From a virus (Duplodnaviria > Caudoviricetes): DNA of 56,620 nucleotides. Shown piece after piece: positions 29,004 to 40,100 of the stretch. Under the pieces are notes generated by a model that saw only the letters and a program-made list of their open reading frames with translations, was not told the origin of the DNA and made no database searches. The position numbers and the translations under genes are program-made. Where the stretch lies: the IMG/VR virus record IMGVR_UViG_3300027754_000112, positions 1 through 56,620 of that record, one strand, 5' to 3'. The number at the start of each line of letters is the position of its first letter. The first letter of the stretch is position 1.

Positions 29004-31306
29004 ATGGATATAGTGTTGCGACATATGGCGATTATGTTGCAATAGGATCTCCGCCGTCTTTTCTTTCCGGCAGTGGATTTTCAGTCGGTCAAGTATCGGT
29101 CAAAAAGTATAATTATTCAAATAATGAATATGAAAATTATTTGACACTACAAAAGACACTTGATCAAGGTGATTACACGGTTTTTAATTTGTCTCAAGCT
29201 GATGATTTGTTGACAGAAACAGGAGACGTTATAACAGGTGACCTTAATGATAATATTTCGATAAATAAAGTTGAAAATGAATATGGACATTCACTTTCTA
29301 TTTACGGAAATGATTTGGCAGTTACAACTAGATATTTTAAATGTAGCGTGGTGAATTCTCCTACAGTTATTACTGGATCCAATGTTGATATTTATGATTT
29401 GTCTACGCTCGCAATTATTCCAAAATTTACTATAACCAGTTCTTTCAATGATGAAACTGGCAGTTTTGGTTATAATGTTTCGGTTGGCAAAAATGTTTTA
29501 GCAATAGGTTGTATTGGAAAGTATAACAACAAAGGTGCGGTTTATATTTACAACAAATCAGAATCCGTTTGGAATTATGCGCAAACATTAACTGGAAGTA
29601 ATAGTGTATCTGGCGATTGTTTTGGTTATTCATTAAAATTGGATCCGAGTGGCAGTAACAAATTGATTATAGGAAATAGTTCATCCGTATCATCATTTGG
29701 CTCTGTTTATATTTTTGAATCATCATCATTGGGATGGACGCAAAATTCAATTTTAAATGCGGATAATGATTTTAATTATGTTCTGCCCAACGTAAATGTG
29801 TATCCATATTCGGCGCAAACACAAAGTTATAACGGATTTGGTTATAGTGTATCAATTTATGGAGATAAAGCTATAGTTGGATGTCCATTTGAATCACAAT
29901 ATCTTGAATATAGTGAATCCCTACTCCGAAAACGTGGATCGGTATTCTTATACTACAAGTGTAATTTAACAAATAAATGGGTATTTGACAATAAATTTTA
30001 TAGTGGAATATTTGATGAAAATGATGCCGTTTTCAAGGATAATAAACTAGGATATAAAGTTGATATTTTTGAAAATTATTGTATTGCATCGTCTTTGAAA
30101 TGGAATTATCCATACAGTTCAAGTTATATATCAGGTACGTTAAATAGCGTTCTTTATAACGAATCTCTAATAAATTATTATAATACTCTTGGCTACGTTT
30201 ATTTATATGAATATCAAAGTGGAAGTTGGTCTTCTTTAAAAAATTTATCAAGAATAAAAAATGTTGGAAATCCATATAGTGTCTATGGATATGATGTTTC
30301 TTTGTCGGACAAATCAATCGTCGTTGGTTCTCCGTGTTTATTATCTGCCTTGAATAGAACCATAACATCATCGGTTGAAAATTATAGAAATATAAGAGGT
30401 TATTCTTTCGTTTATAACTTTGATGATTTTGTCGCAGATCATCATATAGGAAATTCATTTTATAGAAATGGAGCATTGGTCATAAAAACCAATGGATCTA
30501 TTTTTGATAATATGATGACGCAACACAGAATTTATGATGATGCATTGCCATATTATAATCTTAAATACAATTCACAAATAACTTTGCACGAAAATCAAAC
30601 AATTTGTCAAATTATGCCGGGAGAGTTTAATGTCAGCACAAATCCAACTGCGGTATATAGAGACACATTCACATATGATATAAATCAAGATAAGAAATTT
30701 GATTTCCAAGATGTAGACTTGATTTTAAGATATATGTGCAATTTAAATTTAGGAAATGAACAATGGTGGAATGTTGTGATAGAAAATGACTATGAAACCA
30801 GTTTATTTAACTATTATAGTGGATTACAAAGTGATATTCAAAATGCACCTATATCAAGAACGGTAAGCAATTATTTCAGTGGGTCATTATTAACCACCGA
30901 ATATTCTACATATTTGAATGGTATCAAAGATGATTTGGATACTGATGGAAATGGATCTGTAAACATAAACGATATGTTTATATTATGGCAGTATTTTACT
31001 CATCAACTAACTGACAATATATATAAGACTCTTGTCACACCCAAATCTAAACGTTCTAAATATACAGATGTTCTCGATTATTTGGATACCAAGACAAGTA
31101 AGATAAACCCATCTTACATTACGCCTGAGTTCTTTAACTATCAATATAGTTCTTCAGTTGATAATACCGGTTCATTTTTAGCTCCATACATCACAACTGT
31201 TGGATTATACAGTGGAACCGATTTGGTTGCAATTGGAAAATTGGGAACTCCTATTAAAAATAGTGGAGATTTTCCGATAAATATTTTGGTAAAATGGGAT
31301 GTTTGA
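28976..31306 (+). CDS. Virion protein with FG-GAP repeats, dockerin-like Ca-binding loops and a baseplate-type C-terminus
   Basis: It has 'FGYSVSI.G....VG.P...G.VY.F' repeats, DINQDKKFDFQD and DTDGNGSVNIND loops, and a C-terminal 'PYITTVGLY..L.A.GKL..P.K' like 23667. Confidence 0.7.
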   Translation: MNFTIKNENYGYSVATYGDYVAIGSPPSFLSGSGFSVGQVSVKKYNYSNNEYENYLTLQKTLDQGDYTVFNLSQADDLLTETGDVITGDLNDNISINKVENEYGHSLSIYGNDLAVTTRYFKCSVVNSPTVITGSNVDIYDLSTLAIIPKFTITSSFNDETGSFGYNVSVGKNVLAIGCIGKYNNKGAVYIYNKSESVWNYAQTLTGSNSVSGDCFGYSLKLDPSGSNKLIIGNSSSVSSFGSVYIFESSSLGWTQNSILNADNDFNYVLPNVNVYPYSAQTQSYNGFGYSVSIYGDKAIVGCPFESQYLEYSESLLRKRGSVFLYYKCNLTNKWVFDNKFYSGIFDENDAVFKDNKLGYKVDIFENYCIASSLKWNYPYSSSYISGTLNSVLYNESLINYYNTLGYVYLYEYQSGSWSSLKNLSRIKNVGNPYSVYGYDVSLSDKSIVVGSPCLLSALNRTITSSVENYRNIRGYSFVYNFDDFVADHHIGNSFYRNGALVIKTNGSIFDNMMTQHRIYDDALPYYNLKYNSQITLHENQTICQIMPGEFNVSTNPTAVYRDTFTYDINQDKKFDFQDVDLILRYMCNLNLGNEQWWNVVIENDYETSLFNYYSGLQSDIQNAPISRTVSNYFSGSLLTTEYSTYLNGIKDDLDTDGNGSVNINDMFILWQYFTHQLTDNIYKTLVTPKSKRSKYTDVLDYLDTKTSKINPSYITPEFFNYQYSSSVDNTGSFLAPYITTVGLYSGTDLVAIGKLGTPIKNSGDFPINILVKWDV

Positions 31307-31335
31307 TAATATTTATAATAAACTAACTATAATAT

Positions 31336-31614
31336 ATGCCTAATCCAATTTCAAGAGATTCTTTGGTTAAAACCCTAGAAGATAGATATAACACTCAATC
31401 GGCCGGTGGCGCATTCAATGCTAAAAAAATTGATACTGTTGCGGGTAATATAGTTCCGACGGATCGTAATGCTGTAAATGTTCAAGATACACTTTATCGT
31501 GAGGGTGGTTTTAAAATTAAATATACTAAAACGGGTTTCAAAGATGTTCTGGGATATGTATCTAGACAACTATCTCAATATATAAAGGGATTTAATAATA
31601 AACGTTACAAATAA
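31336..31614 (+). CDS. Hypothetical protein
   Basis: 92 aa, preceded by TATTTATA at 31310-31317. Confidence 0.7.
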   Translation: MPNPISRDSLVKTLEDRYNTQSAGGAFNAKKIDTVAGNIVPTDRNAVNVQDTLYREGGFKIKYTKTGFKDVLGYVSRQLSQYIKGFNNKRYK

Positions 31615-31634
31615 AACATACTATATATTAGTGT

Positions 31635-32186
31635 ATGGTTATATTGGGACTGGATTCATCTACGTCTGTAACAGGTTGGTCGTTTTGTGAAAGTGCAACA
31701 ATACTTGACGCGGGATTTGTTGATACTAAAAAATTTGATACTACCAAAGAAAAAGCTTTATTGGTTATATCCGAATTACAAAAGAATCCACTCATCAAAA
31801 AGATGACACAAATCAACTTGGAAGCCGCATTAAGTGGCTTCGCCGGGGGTTTTACGTCCCAACAAATTCTCATTAAACTTGCACGGCATAATGCCGTGTT
31901 TGCATATATAATGGAAGAACATTTCAAATGTCCAGTAAACTTGTTGTCGGTCAATACCATGAGAAAACAGTTATTTGGAAAATGTAGAATAAAGGGGGTC
32001 AAGTCCAAGGAATTTGTAAAGTCAGAATTAGAACGTCTAATGCCTGATATTAGAAAATTAACGGTTTTAAATAAAAAAGGCAACTGGGATGAACGAAATG
32101 GCGATATGTATGATGCTGTAGTCGCCAGCTGTTATGACCCAACAAAAGATAATAGAATTGATAAGAAAAGTAAAAGCTCTCGCTGA
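31635..32186 (+). CDS. RuvC-like Holliday junction resolvase
   Basis: 'ILGLDSSTSVTGW', 'NLE' and 'DMYDA' form the RNase H-fold acidic catalytic pattern. Confidence 0.75.
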   Translation: MVILGLDSSTSVTGWSFCESATILDAGFVDTKKFDTTKEKALLVISELQKNPLIKKMTQINLEAALSGFAGGFTSQQILIKLARHNAVFAYIMEEHFKCPVNLLSVNTMRKQLFGKCRIKGVKSKEFVKSELERLMPDIRKLTVLNKKGNWDERNGDMYDAVVASCYDPTKDNRIDKKSKSSR

Positions 32187-32826
32187 CAAGGGAGTCCGTG
32201 GGGAAGCTGTATCCGCAAAAGAAAAGCTTAAACGGTTATGTAAAAAGTATAATATATCCGAAAACGACCTTCGTGATTTAGAAGAAAAAAATGATTATAT
32301 TCTTTTATTTAGAGACAAAAATGAAAGAGAATTGTTGTTAAATATAGTGTGTATGGTACTAGACGTTCCCGTATTCAAGTGGAACGAAAACAAATTGTGT
32401 GCAAAAATAAAGCTCACAGAGTCCCAATATAAAGATATAATTTCTGCATTTGAATATTATCAGAAAATGTATGATGACTACAAACGATATTTAATTCACG
32501 GTATATTATCAAGAAATGCCGTTGGTTATGTTCCAAAACCTCAGAGATATACACAAGAAAATGTAGTTCAACCAGATATTCCACCTACACCACCACAAGA
32601 AGATACCGTAGAAGAGTCAGACAAAACTAAAACTGATTCTTTAAACGAGGAAACTGGTTCAATGGGTAATTCAAAAAAGAAGAAGAAAAAATACGAAGAC
32701 GTTGAATCTCCAATTGATCCCATTAAATTAATGAAAGTTGCAGTTGCACTTGATAAGACTCCGTGGGTAAAAACCGATTTAAATAAAAAATTGATAGAAG
32801 AGGTTTCTGATGATATCATATACTAG
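32134..32826 (+). CDS. DUF2786-like domain protein
   Basis: N-terminal 'IRKVKALAD.G..GEA..A.EKL..L.KKY'. Confidence 0.55.
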   Translation: MTQQKIIELIRKVKALADKGVRGEAVSAKEKLKRLCKKYNISENDLRDLEEKNDYILLFRDKNERELLLNIVCMVLDVPVFKWNENKLCAKIKLTESQYKDIISAFEYYQKMYDDYKRYLIHGILSRNAVGYVPKPQRYTQENVVQPDIPPTPPQEDTVEESDKTKTDSLNEETGSMGNSKKKKKKYEDVESPIDPIKLMKVAVALDKTPWVKTDLNKKLIEEVSDDIIY

Positions 32827-33774
32827 GTGTTATTATATCAAGAAACCATAATAAACAGTTTAAATAAACTGCTAAATCAGACTGCCAAGATACGAAAGGG
32901 AACTGATGCGGTATATTTTTGTCCAGTTTGCAAACATTATAAAAGAAAGCTGGAGATCAATTTGGTGACGGGTAAGTATCACTGTTGGGTTTGTGGTTTT
33001 GGTGGTTTAAATTTAAAAACCCTATTCAAAAAACTCAAAGCACCGGCGTCTTATTATAATATATTTGGAGAAAACAAAGCTTTTTCTACTCCAAAGAAAG
33101 ACTTTGAAATAATTTTTGATGATGTAGAGGAAGTTTCCAACACAGTTTTACAATTGCCAAATGAGTATAAACCGATGTGGGAACCAAGTTTAGAACTTCC
33201 GTATCGTCATGCGTTAGTATATCTCAAAAACAGAGGAATAACGAGGGAAGATATAATAAGATATAACATAGGATATGCAACTGAAGGTGAGTTGAGAAAC
33301 AGAATAATCATACCATCCTATGATTCTGAAGGATATTTGAATTTTTATACTGCCAGAAGTTTTTATGACACCAAATACCTAAAGTATGTTAGTTGTTCAT
33401 TTTCAAAGAATATAATTGGATTTGAACTTTTAATAAATTTTGAAGAACCAATCACACTTGTAGAAGGACCGTTTGATGCGATGACAGTAAGAACCAATAC
33501 AGTGCCACTTTTCGGAAAAACTTTAAGCAAAAAATTGAAAATGAAATTATTGGAATATGATGTTCCAATGGTAAATGTATTGTTAGACAACGACGCATTT
33601 GATGATGCAATTAAAATATGTGACTTTTTGATTAAAAATAATATACCAACCAAGTTAATAACTATGCAAGATAAAGATCCAAATGTCTTGGGATTTGAAA
33701 AAACTTGGAAAATAATAGAAGAATGTGATATTATAGATTTTGAGAAACTATTTAAACTAAAGGTTATGAGATAA
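32827..33774 (+). CDS. DNA primase (DnaG/T4 gp61-like)
   Basis: Zn-binding CPVC.H..CWVC, 'YLKNRGIT', 'RIIIP' and Toprim 'LVEGPFD..LDND..KDPN' motifs. Confidence 0.9.
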   Translation: MLLYQETIINSLNKLLNQTAKIRKGTDAVYFCPVCKHYKRKLEINLVTGKYHCWVCGFGGLNLKTLFKKLKAPASYYNIFGENKAFSTPKKDFEIIFDDVEEVSNTVLQLPNEYKPMWEPSLELPYRHALVYLKNRGITREDIIRYNIGYATEGELRNRIIIPSYDSEGYLNFYTARSFYDTKYLKYVSCSFSKNIIGFELLINFEEPITLVEGPFDAMTVRTNTVPLFGKTLSKKLKMKLLEYDVPMVNVLLDNDAFDDAIKICDFLIKNNIPTKLITMQDKDPNVLGFEKTWKIIEECDIIDFEKLFKLKVMR

Positions 33775-33775
33775 T

Positions 33776-36700
33776 ATGGTTACCAAGTTACAATGTAAAA
33801 TAAGTGAGTTTACAAACATTTTGCACATTGCAGATGTTCATATAAGGCTCACAAAAAGACACGATGAATACTTGGAAGTGTTCAACCGTTTATATAAAGC
33901 GATTGAAAAAACTCCATCCACCACATTAATTGCTGTTTTGGGTGATTTGTTTCACAGTAAAAGTGATTTGAGTCCAGAATGCGTAAAGCTTGCTTCCGAC
34001 TTTCTACAAAATTTAGCAAGATTACGACCTACTATTTTGATCGCGGGAAACCACGATGCTACATTGGCGAACAAAAACAGATTGGACAGTTTGACTCCAA
34101 TCGTTGAACCAATCAAAAATGAAAATCTATTTTATTTGAAAGATTCTGGCATTTATATCATCGGCGATATAATGTTCAATAACTTTTCGGTGTTTGACGA
34201 ACACGAACTGGAAAAGTATGTAAAGTATAAAGACATTCCAAAAAACTGTCTCAATGAAACACGTTACCGAATCGCATTGTTTCATGGTGCAGTAAATGAT
34301 GCAGTCAATGATATTGGATATAAGATTTCAAATAAATCTATTCAGAATGAAATGTTTGATAATCATCAAATTGTATTATTGGGTGATATTCATAAACATC
34401 AAGTTCTTCAACAATATGATGAAGACCAAAATAAACCTGTAATTGTGTATGCATCCAGTATGATTCAACAGAATCACGGCGAAGATTTGAATGGTCATGG
34501 ATTTGTATTTTGGGACTTAAAGACCAAAGTATTTAAACATTTTGAAATTGCGAATGATTATGGGTTTTATACAATAGAAGTTAACAAAGGAAAGTTAAAA
34601 ACAGATATCCAAAACATTCCTAAGAAAGCTAGATTGCGAATCAAATGTTTTGAAAGTGTAGCGACAGAAGTAAAAGCGGTTCTTGCCGAAATCAACAAAG
34701 TTTCAAACGTAACCGAAGTTTCTTATGTTAGAGTTGACGACGAAAGTTCGTCTTCAAAAAATATAATTGATAATACAAATTTAAATATTAATAATATTGC
34801 AGACGTTGATTATCAGAACAAATTGATATCAGAGTATGTAAAAAATAAAGTTAAGGTAGATGATGACGATTTGTTACAAAGAGTATATACAATCAACAAA
34901 GAACTAAATGCATCACTACAAAAAGAACATGTTGTCAGAAACATTCGATGGAAACCCAAGAAGTTTGAGTTTGATAATATGTTCAGTTACGGAGAAGATA
35001 ATGTCATTGACTTTTCAAAGATGAAAGATGTAGTTGGATTATTTGCATCCAACGCATCCGGAAAATCAAGTATATTGTCAGCATTATCATTCTGTATTTT
35101 TGACAAATGTGACCGCGCCTTTCGCGCTTCTCACGTATTAAATACTCAAAAGATGTCATTTAAATGTAAATTTAACTTTGAAATTAACAAGGTGGATTAC
35201 TACATTGAACGCAAAGGATTATCTGATAAGAAGGGAAATGTAAAAGTAGATGTCAAATTTTGGAAAGAAGAAAACGGAAAAGTTACAGAACTTAACGGTG
35301 AAGCTCGTCGTAGCACCAATGATATTATTAGAGATTATGTCGGAACTTATGACGATTTTATTTTGACGACATTAAGTATTCAAAATAACAGAGCAGTATC
35401 TTTCATTGATATGGGACAAACAGAAAGAAAGGATTTACTTTCCCAATTCATGGGACTCAATATATTTGATACGTTGTATAATTTGGCAACCGAAAAGACC
35501 AAAGAAATTAATGTATTGTTGAAAAACTTTAAAAACAATGACTATACTCAAAAGTTGGTATCATTGAACAATATAATAGAAGTTTCTTCCAGTATGATGA
35601 CAAGTGAAAGAAATTTACTTGAACAGTTAAATCTTGACCGTGAACATCAAAATAATAATTTATTGAAAGAAACCGAAAAGTTGATTAATATAAACTCAGA
35701 GTTTACCGACATTTTGATTCTTACCAATAAGGAAATTTCATATAATAATAACATTACAAACTTATTATCGGAATTATTAACCCATCAATCTCAACAAAAA
35801 TTGATTGAAAATGAATTGATTACGGTCAGTGGGTCTGTCAGTTCGTTTGAACAACACAAAGTTGAAGTTAAATATAAAGAATATACGCAATTACAAAAAC
35901 AATACCAAGACAAAAAAAATGAATTAGATCGTATAAAAATTGTAGTTTATAACAAGTTAGAAAAGTTAAAAACACTTGAACAACATAAGTATGATCCAAA
36001 TTGTGAATTTTGTATCAACAATGTGTTCGTGAAAGACGCAATCAAGACCAAAGAAGAAATTGATAAAGATAAAGCTGACGCTTTTGTATTGTTTGAGTCT
36101 TATACACAGTTAAAAAATCAAATAAATTCATATTCTACAATAGAAAGTGATTATGAATCATATAAAAATTTACTGACACAAAAATCAAATTTAGAAAATA
36201 AGACCAATAAAATTAATAATACGATACTTTCAACCGAAAACAAAATTGCATCAGATAAAAATAAATTAGAGTCGGTGGTTCAACAAATTGCCGATTTCAA
36301 TAAACAAAAAGATGTTATTGAATCTAATGCAAAAATCAAGATCGTCATTGAAAATATAAGAAACCAAATAAAATTAATAGATCAAAAGATCAAACAGAAA
36401 AATAATGACATGATTACTGTAAATTCCAATTACAATACTTCATTGGACCAAAAGAAAAATATAGAGAAAATCATTGAAGATACCAAAAAAATGGAAAGTC
36501 AATCAGACGCATATCAATTGTATGCGTCTTCTATTGGCCGAGATGGTATTCCATATGAATTGATTTCTCAAGCTATGCCTGCTATTGAAAAAGAAGTCAA
36601 TAATATATTGAGCCAAATCGTCGAATTTACAATAAGTCTATCAACCGATGGGAAAAATGTCAGTGCTTTTATAAATTACGAAGATAAAAAATGGCCATTG

Positions 36701-36982
36701 GAACTATCAAGTGGTATGGAACGATTCATTAGCTCTCTTGCTATACGAGTCGCATTGATTAATATATCTAACCTACCAAGACCTAACATATTAATTATAG
36801 ACGAGGGTTTTGGGTGTCTAGACTCAACGTATTTATCAGGCATTAAATCATTGTTTTCATATTTAAAGTGTGTTTTTGATTCAATAATCATCATTTCACA
36901 TTTAGATATCATTAAAGACTGTGTAGATACAACTATGGAAATAACAAATGAATCTGGGATGTCAAAAGTCAAATTTATTTAA
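33776..36982 (+). CDS. Fused SbcD-SbcC (Mre11-Rad50; T4 gp47-gp46) recombination nuclease
   Basis: Phosphoesterase motifs DVH, GDLFH, GNHD and GDIH are followed by Walker A NASGKSS, coiled coil with a CEFC hook, SSGME and IIDEGFG. Confidence 0.9.
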   Translation: MVTKLQCKISEFTNILHIADVHIRLTKRHDEYLEVFNRLYKAIEKTPSTTLIAVLGDLFHSKSDLSPECVKLASDFLQNLARLRPTILIAGNHDATLANKNRLDSLTPIVEPIKNENLFYLKDSGIYIIGDIMFNNFSVFDEHELEKYVKYKDIPKNCLNETRYRIALFHGAVNDAVNDIGYKISNKSIQNEMFDNHQIVLLGDIHKHQVLQQYDEDQNKPVIVYASSMIQQNHGEDLNGHGFVFWDLKTKVFKHFEIANDYGFYTIEVNKGKLKTDIQNIPKKARLRIKCFESVATEVKAVLAEINKVSNVTEVSYVRVDDESSSSKNIIDNTNLNINNIADVDYQNKLISEYVKNKVKVDDDDLLQRVYTINKELNASLQKEHVVRNIRWKPKKFEFDNMFSYGEDNVIDFSKMKDVVGLFASNASGKSSILSALSFCIFDKCDRAFRASHVLNTQKMSFKCKFNFEINKVDYYIERKGLSDKKGNVKVDVKFWKEENGKVTELNGEARRSTNDIIRDYVGTYDDFILTTLSIQNNRAVSFIDMGQTERKDLLSQFMGLNIFDTLYNLATEKTKEINVLLKNFKNNDYTQKLVSLNNIIEVSSSMMTSERNLLEQLNLDREHQNNNLLKETEKLININSEFTDILILTNKEISYNNNITNLLSELLTHQSQQKLIENELITVSGSVSSFEQHKVEVKYKEYTQLQKQYQDKKNELDRIKIVVYNKLEKLKTLEQHKYDPNCEFCINNVFVKDAIKTKEEIDKDKADAFVLFESYTQLKNQINSYSTIESDYESYKNLLTQKSNLENKTNKINNTILSTENKIASDKNKLESVVQQIADFNKQKDVIESNAKIKIVIENIRNQIKLIDQKIKQKNNDMITVNSNYNTSLDQKKNIEKIIEDTKKMESQSDAYQLYASSIGRDGIPYELISQAMPAIEKEVNNILSQIVEFTISLSTDGKNVSAFINYEDKKWPLELSSGMERFISSLAIRVALINISNLPRPNILIIDEGFGCLDSTYLSGIKSLFSYLKCVFDSIIIISHLDIIKDCVDTTMEITNESGMSKVKFI

Positions 36983-37127
36983 TTTGTGTGCGTTATAAAA
37001 ATAAAAACGGGTTCAATAAACTATAGTTTCTCTAAAAAAAGTTATAAATATTGATATCTTGAGTTTTTTTGGAATATTTATATTTAACATTTTAAAAAAA
37101 TTATTTTTTTGAAAGGAAATATATAAT

Positions 37128-40100
37128 ATGCCAATTACACAAGGTGGAAACTTTAGTCCCGAAAATACAATAGTTAGTCCGGGAGTATTTACAAGAGAAA
37201 ATGATTTATCAGGTATCGCACAAGGCGTTGCCGACATTGGTGCCGTAATCGTCGCACCATTCTCAAAAGGTCCTGGCTTTACTCCGAAACTATTGACTAA
37301 TGTTGCGGATCTAGAAAATACATTCGGAACCTCCGACGGTACATACTATGGACCATATACAGCCAAACAATACCTCAATGAAAAAGGATTTGTTACCGTA
37401 TGTCGCGTCGGTGGTTTGACCGGCTACAACCAACAATATCCATTAGCACTTTATGCTGAGCCAGGTTATTATACCCGACAAGGTGACGTGGGATCTATCG
37501 TAAGCGCATCTTCATATCTCTACCTTTCTTCATCAACGGCTCTTATTAGTGGTTCTTCCGATTATTTGACTGGCAGTTTGAGTGCATCAGTGAATACAAC
37601 CGGCAGTTCTGGATCATATATTCAATCTGCGTCTCTCCTAATAACCATACCATCTGCGTCATTTACATTTACATTTGCGTCTACAGCTGGATCTTCTAAT
37701 ACTTCTTCGAGTAGTATAAATGGTTCAAGTGGCAGTTTGTTGTTCGCAGGATCCACCATCACAACCACTCTGTCTTCTTATAGTAATTTGACATTCAATA
37801 CTTCGTGGACATCTTCCTCCCAGACGTCAGTGACAACAAGTTCTAATGCTAGATCGATCTATGATTATGGCTTTTCAAACAATATTTTAACATCATCTGC
37901 GTTGCTCAGTCAAAGTATTCTATTGAAAGGTGGTACCGCTCCATTCGATACCGCAACTTTGATCAGTGGTTCTATTGTGAAATACAAAGGAAGTTGTGCA
38001 GATCCAATATTTAGAGTTGAAGGTATTATATCCGGGGCATTTGGTAAATATACTGGACAATTCACATCATACGGAAGCGGAAGCGATGACGGATGTGGTA
38101 ATTGGACAAACAATTATCGTTCTGGATCTGCTGTTTTGTTGGCAGTTTTTGCTGATACCTCAAACAATTCTCCAAATACTAGTTTGGTTTCACCCGGTTT
38201 CAGTGGATCTTCATTGAATACCGCATCTGTATTGAACAGTAACAGTTCAAGTATTATTTCTGACTACTTCTTGAATTTGTCTGGATCAACTAAGGGTGCA
38301 TACGGAACCTATGAATTCTCATTGGATCAAGCAAATACTAAATACATCAAAAATGTATTCCCAATATCTGCCGCAACTTCGCTTTCTACAACAAATACGT
38401 ATTTGTATAATATCTTTGAAGATAGTATCAAAAAAATTGCTGCAAATCCAAGTGGATATGGTATCAAAGTTATATCATTACCTGGTTCAGAATTTTCTGG
38501 TTCCATTCCATTAAATTTCACTGACACCAATTCGTTTGCTCCACAAAATGGCGATAGTGAGTTCAGTTTGAATAATGCAATTACTCCATTCATCGTATCT
38601 CAAAAGATCGCATCAGTCAATGGAACAGATTCTAGGTATGAACTGTTCCAATTGATGACTCTTTCAGATGGCACCAATACAAATACTCAATATAAGATTG
38701 AAATCAGTGATGTTCGTTTGGCAGGTAACAATCCTGGCAGTGATTGGGGAACATTCACTCTTGGAGTTCGGGACTTCAATGATACTGACAAACGTCCTAA
38801 GTATCTTGAAATATATACCAACTTAAGTTTGGATCCAAATTCCTCAAACTTCATTGCCCGCCGTATCGGTGATCGTTACAACTATATCACTTATAATGGC
38901 AAGATCATTGAATTTGGAACATATTCCAATCTAAGTAAATGTATTCGTGTAACAATGTCTACAAATTCATATCCAGTAAGTGTAGTTCCTTATGGATTTC
39001 AATCATATTCCGCGCCAGTCGCGGGTCATATTGCTAAAATAACTCCAACATTGAAGTATAGTAATGCTTCTCTATATGGAACTTCAATTGGTAAGTATCC
39101 ATCTGGTGTAATATTCAACGATGTTCCATCAACCGATTCTGAAATCGTCAGTTTATATCCTACTTCTTCAACTGGAGTACCTGTATATCATGACAATCTC
39201 CAATACTTTGCTCCTATTCCAAGTGGTGCTACTGCTGGGTATAATGTTGCATTCGCTCTTGATAACACAATAACTGGATCCAATACTGGTTCGGTTCTTG
39301 CTGCAAGTTTGAGTGGTAGTATTCCTTCAACTTTAACTGCACTTGAAACAACGTATGTTAAGATGCGTAAGTTTATTCTAGGATTCCAATCTGGATTTGA
39401 CGGTCAATCACCTGCAATTAATATTAACTTGGGAGGTGATATTGTTGCAGGTAACACTCAGGGTTTGAATTGTACCAACATTAACAGTGCAGGATCAGTT
39501 GGTTATAAACAGGCGGTTGCTGCTCTTGGAAATGCTGACGAGTTTGATATCAATTTGATTGTAACTCCGGGTATCTTCCATCAACGACACAGTTATGTAA
39601 CACAACTCGTAACTGACATGTGTGAAGCTCGTGGTGATTGTTTCTATATCATGGATAACGTAGTATTCCCGTCAAATCCACAACAAAGTATTGGATTGAT
39701 TGATGCCGCTGTAAATGACGTATCCACAATTGATAGTAATTATGTCGCAACTTATTATCCTTGGGTCAAGATTCTTGACACCAACATCAACAAGATTGTA
39801 AGTGTTCCTCCATCTGTAGTATTGCCCGCAGTTTTCGCTGCCAATGACAATGTTGCTGCCGAATGGTTCGCACCTGCTGGTTTGAATCGTGGTGGTATCT
39901 CACAAGCAGTTCAAGTTCTTGACAGAACCACTCATCAAGAACGTGATACCTTATATCAAGGCCGTGTCAATCCAATCGCTGCCTTTCCTGGTCAAGGTAT
40001 CTGTGTTTGGGGACAAAAGACTCTACAACAAAAGTCAAGTGCTTTGGATAGAGTCAGTGTTCGCAGATTATTGATCGGATTGAAGAAATACATTGCTTCT

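Noticed and set aside
31635-32186. RuvC-like ORF as the TnpB partner of the omega-RNA-like elements
   Set aside because: At 183 aa it lacks the TnpB N-terminal lobe and zinc ribbon and fits a stand-alone resolvase.
37043-37050. Canonical T4 late promoter TATAAATA upstream of the sheath gene
   Set aside because: It is plausible by chance in very AT-rich DNA, and the recurring sense-strand TATTTATA is present 32 bp downstream, so it is not called separately.
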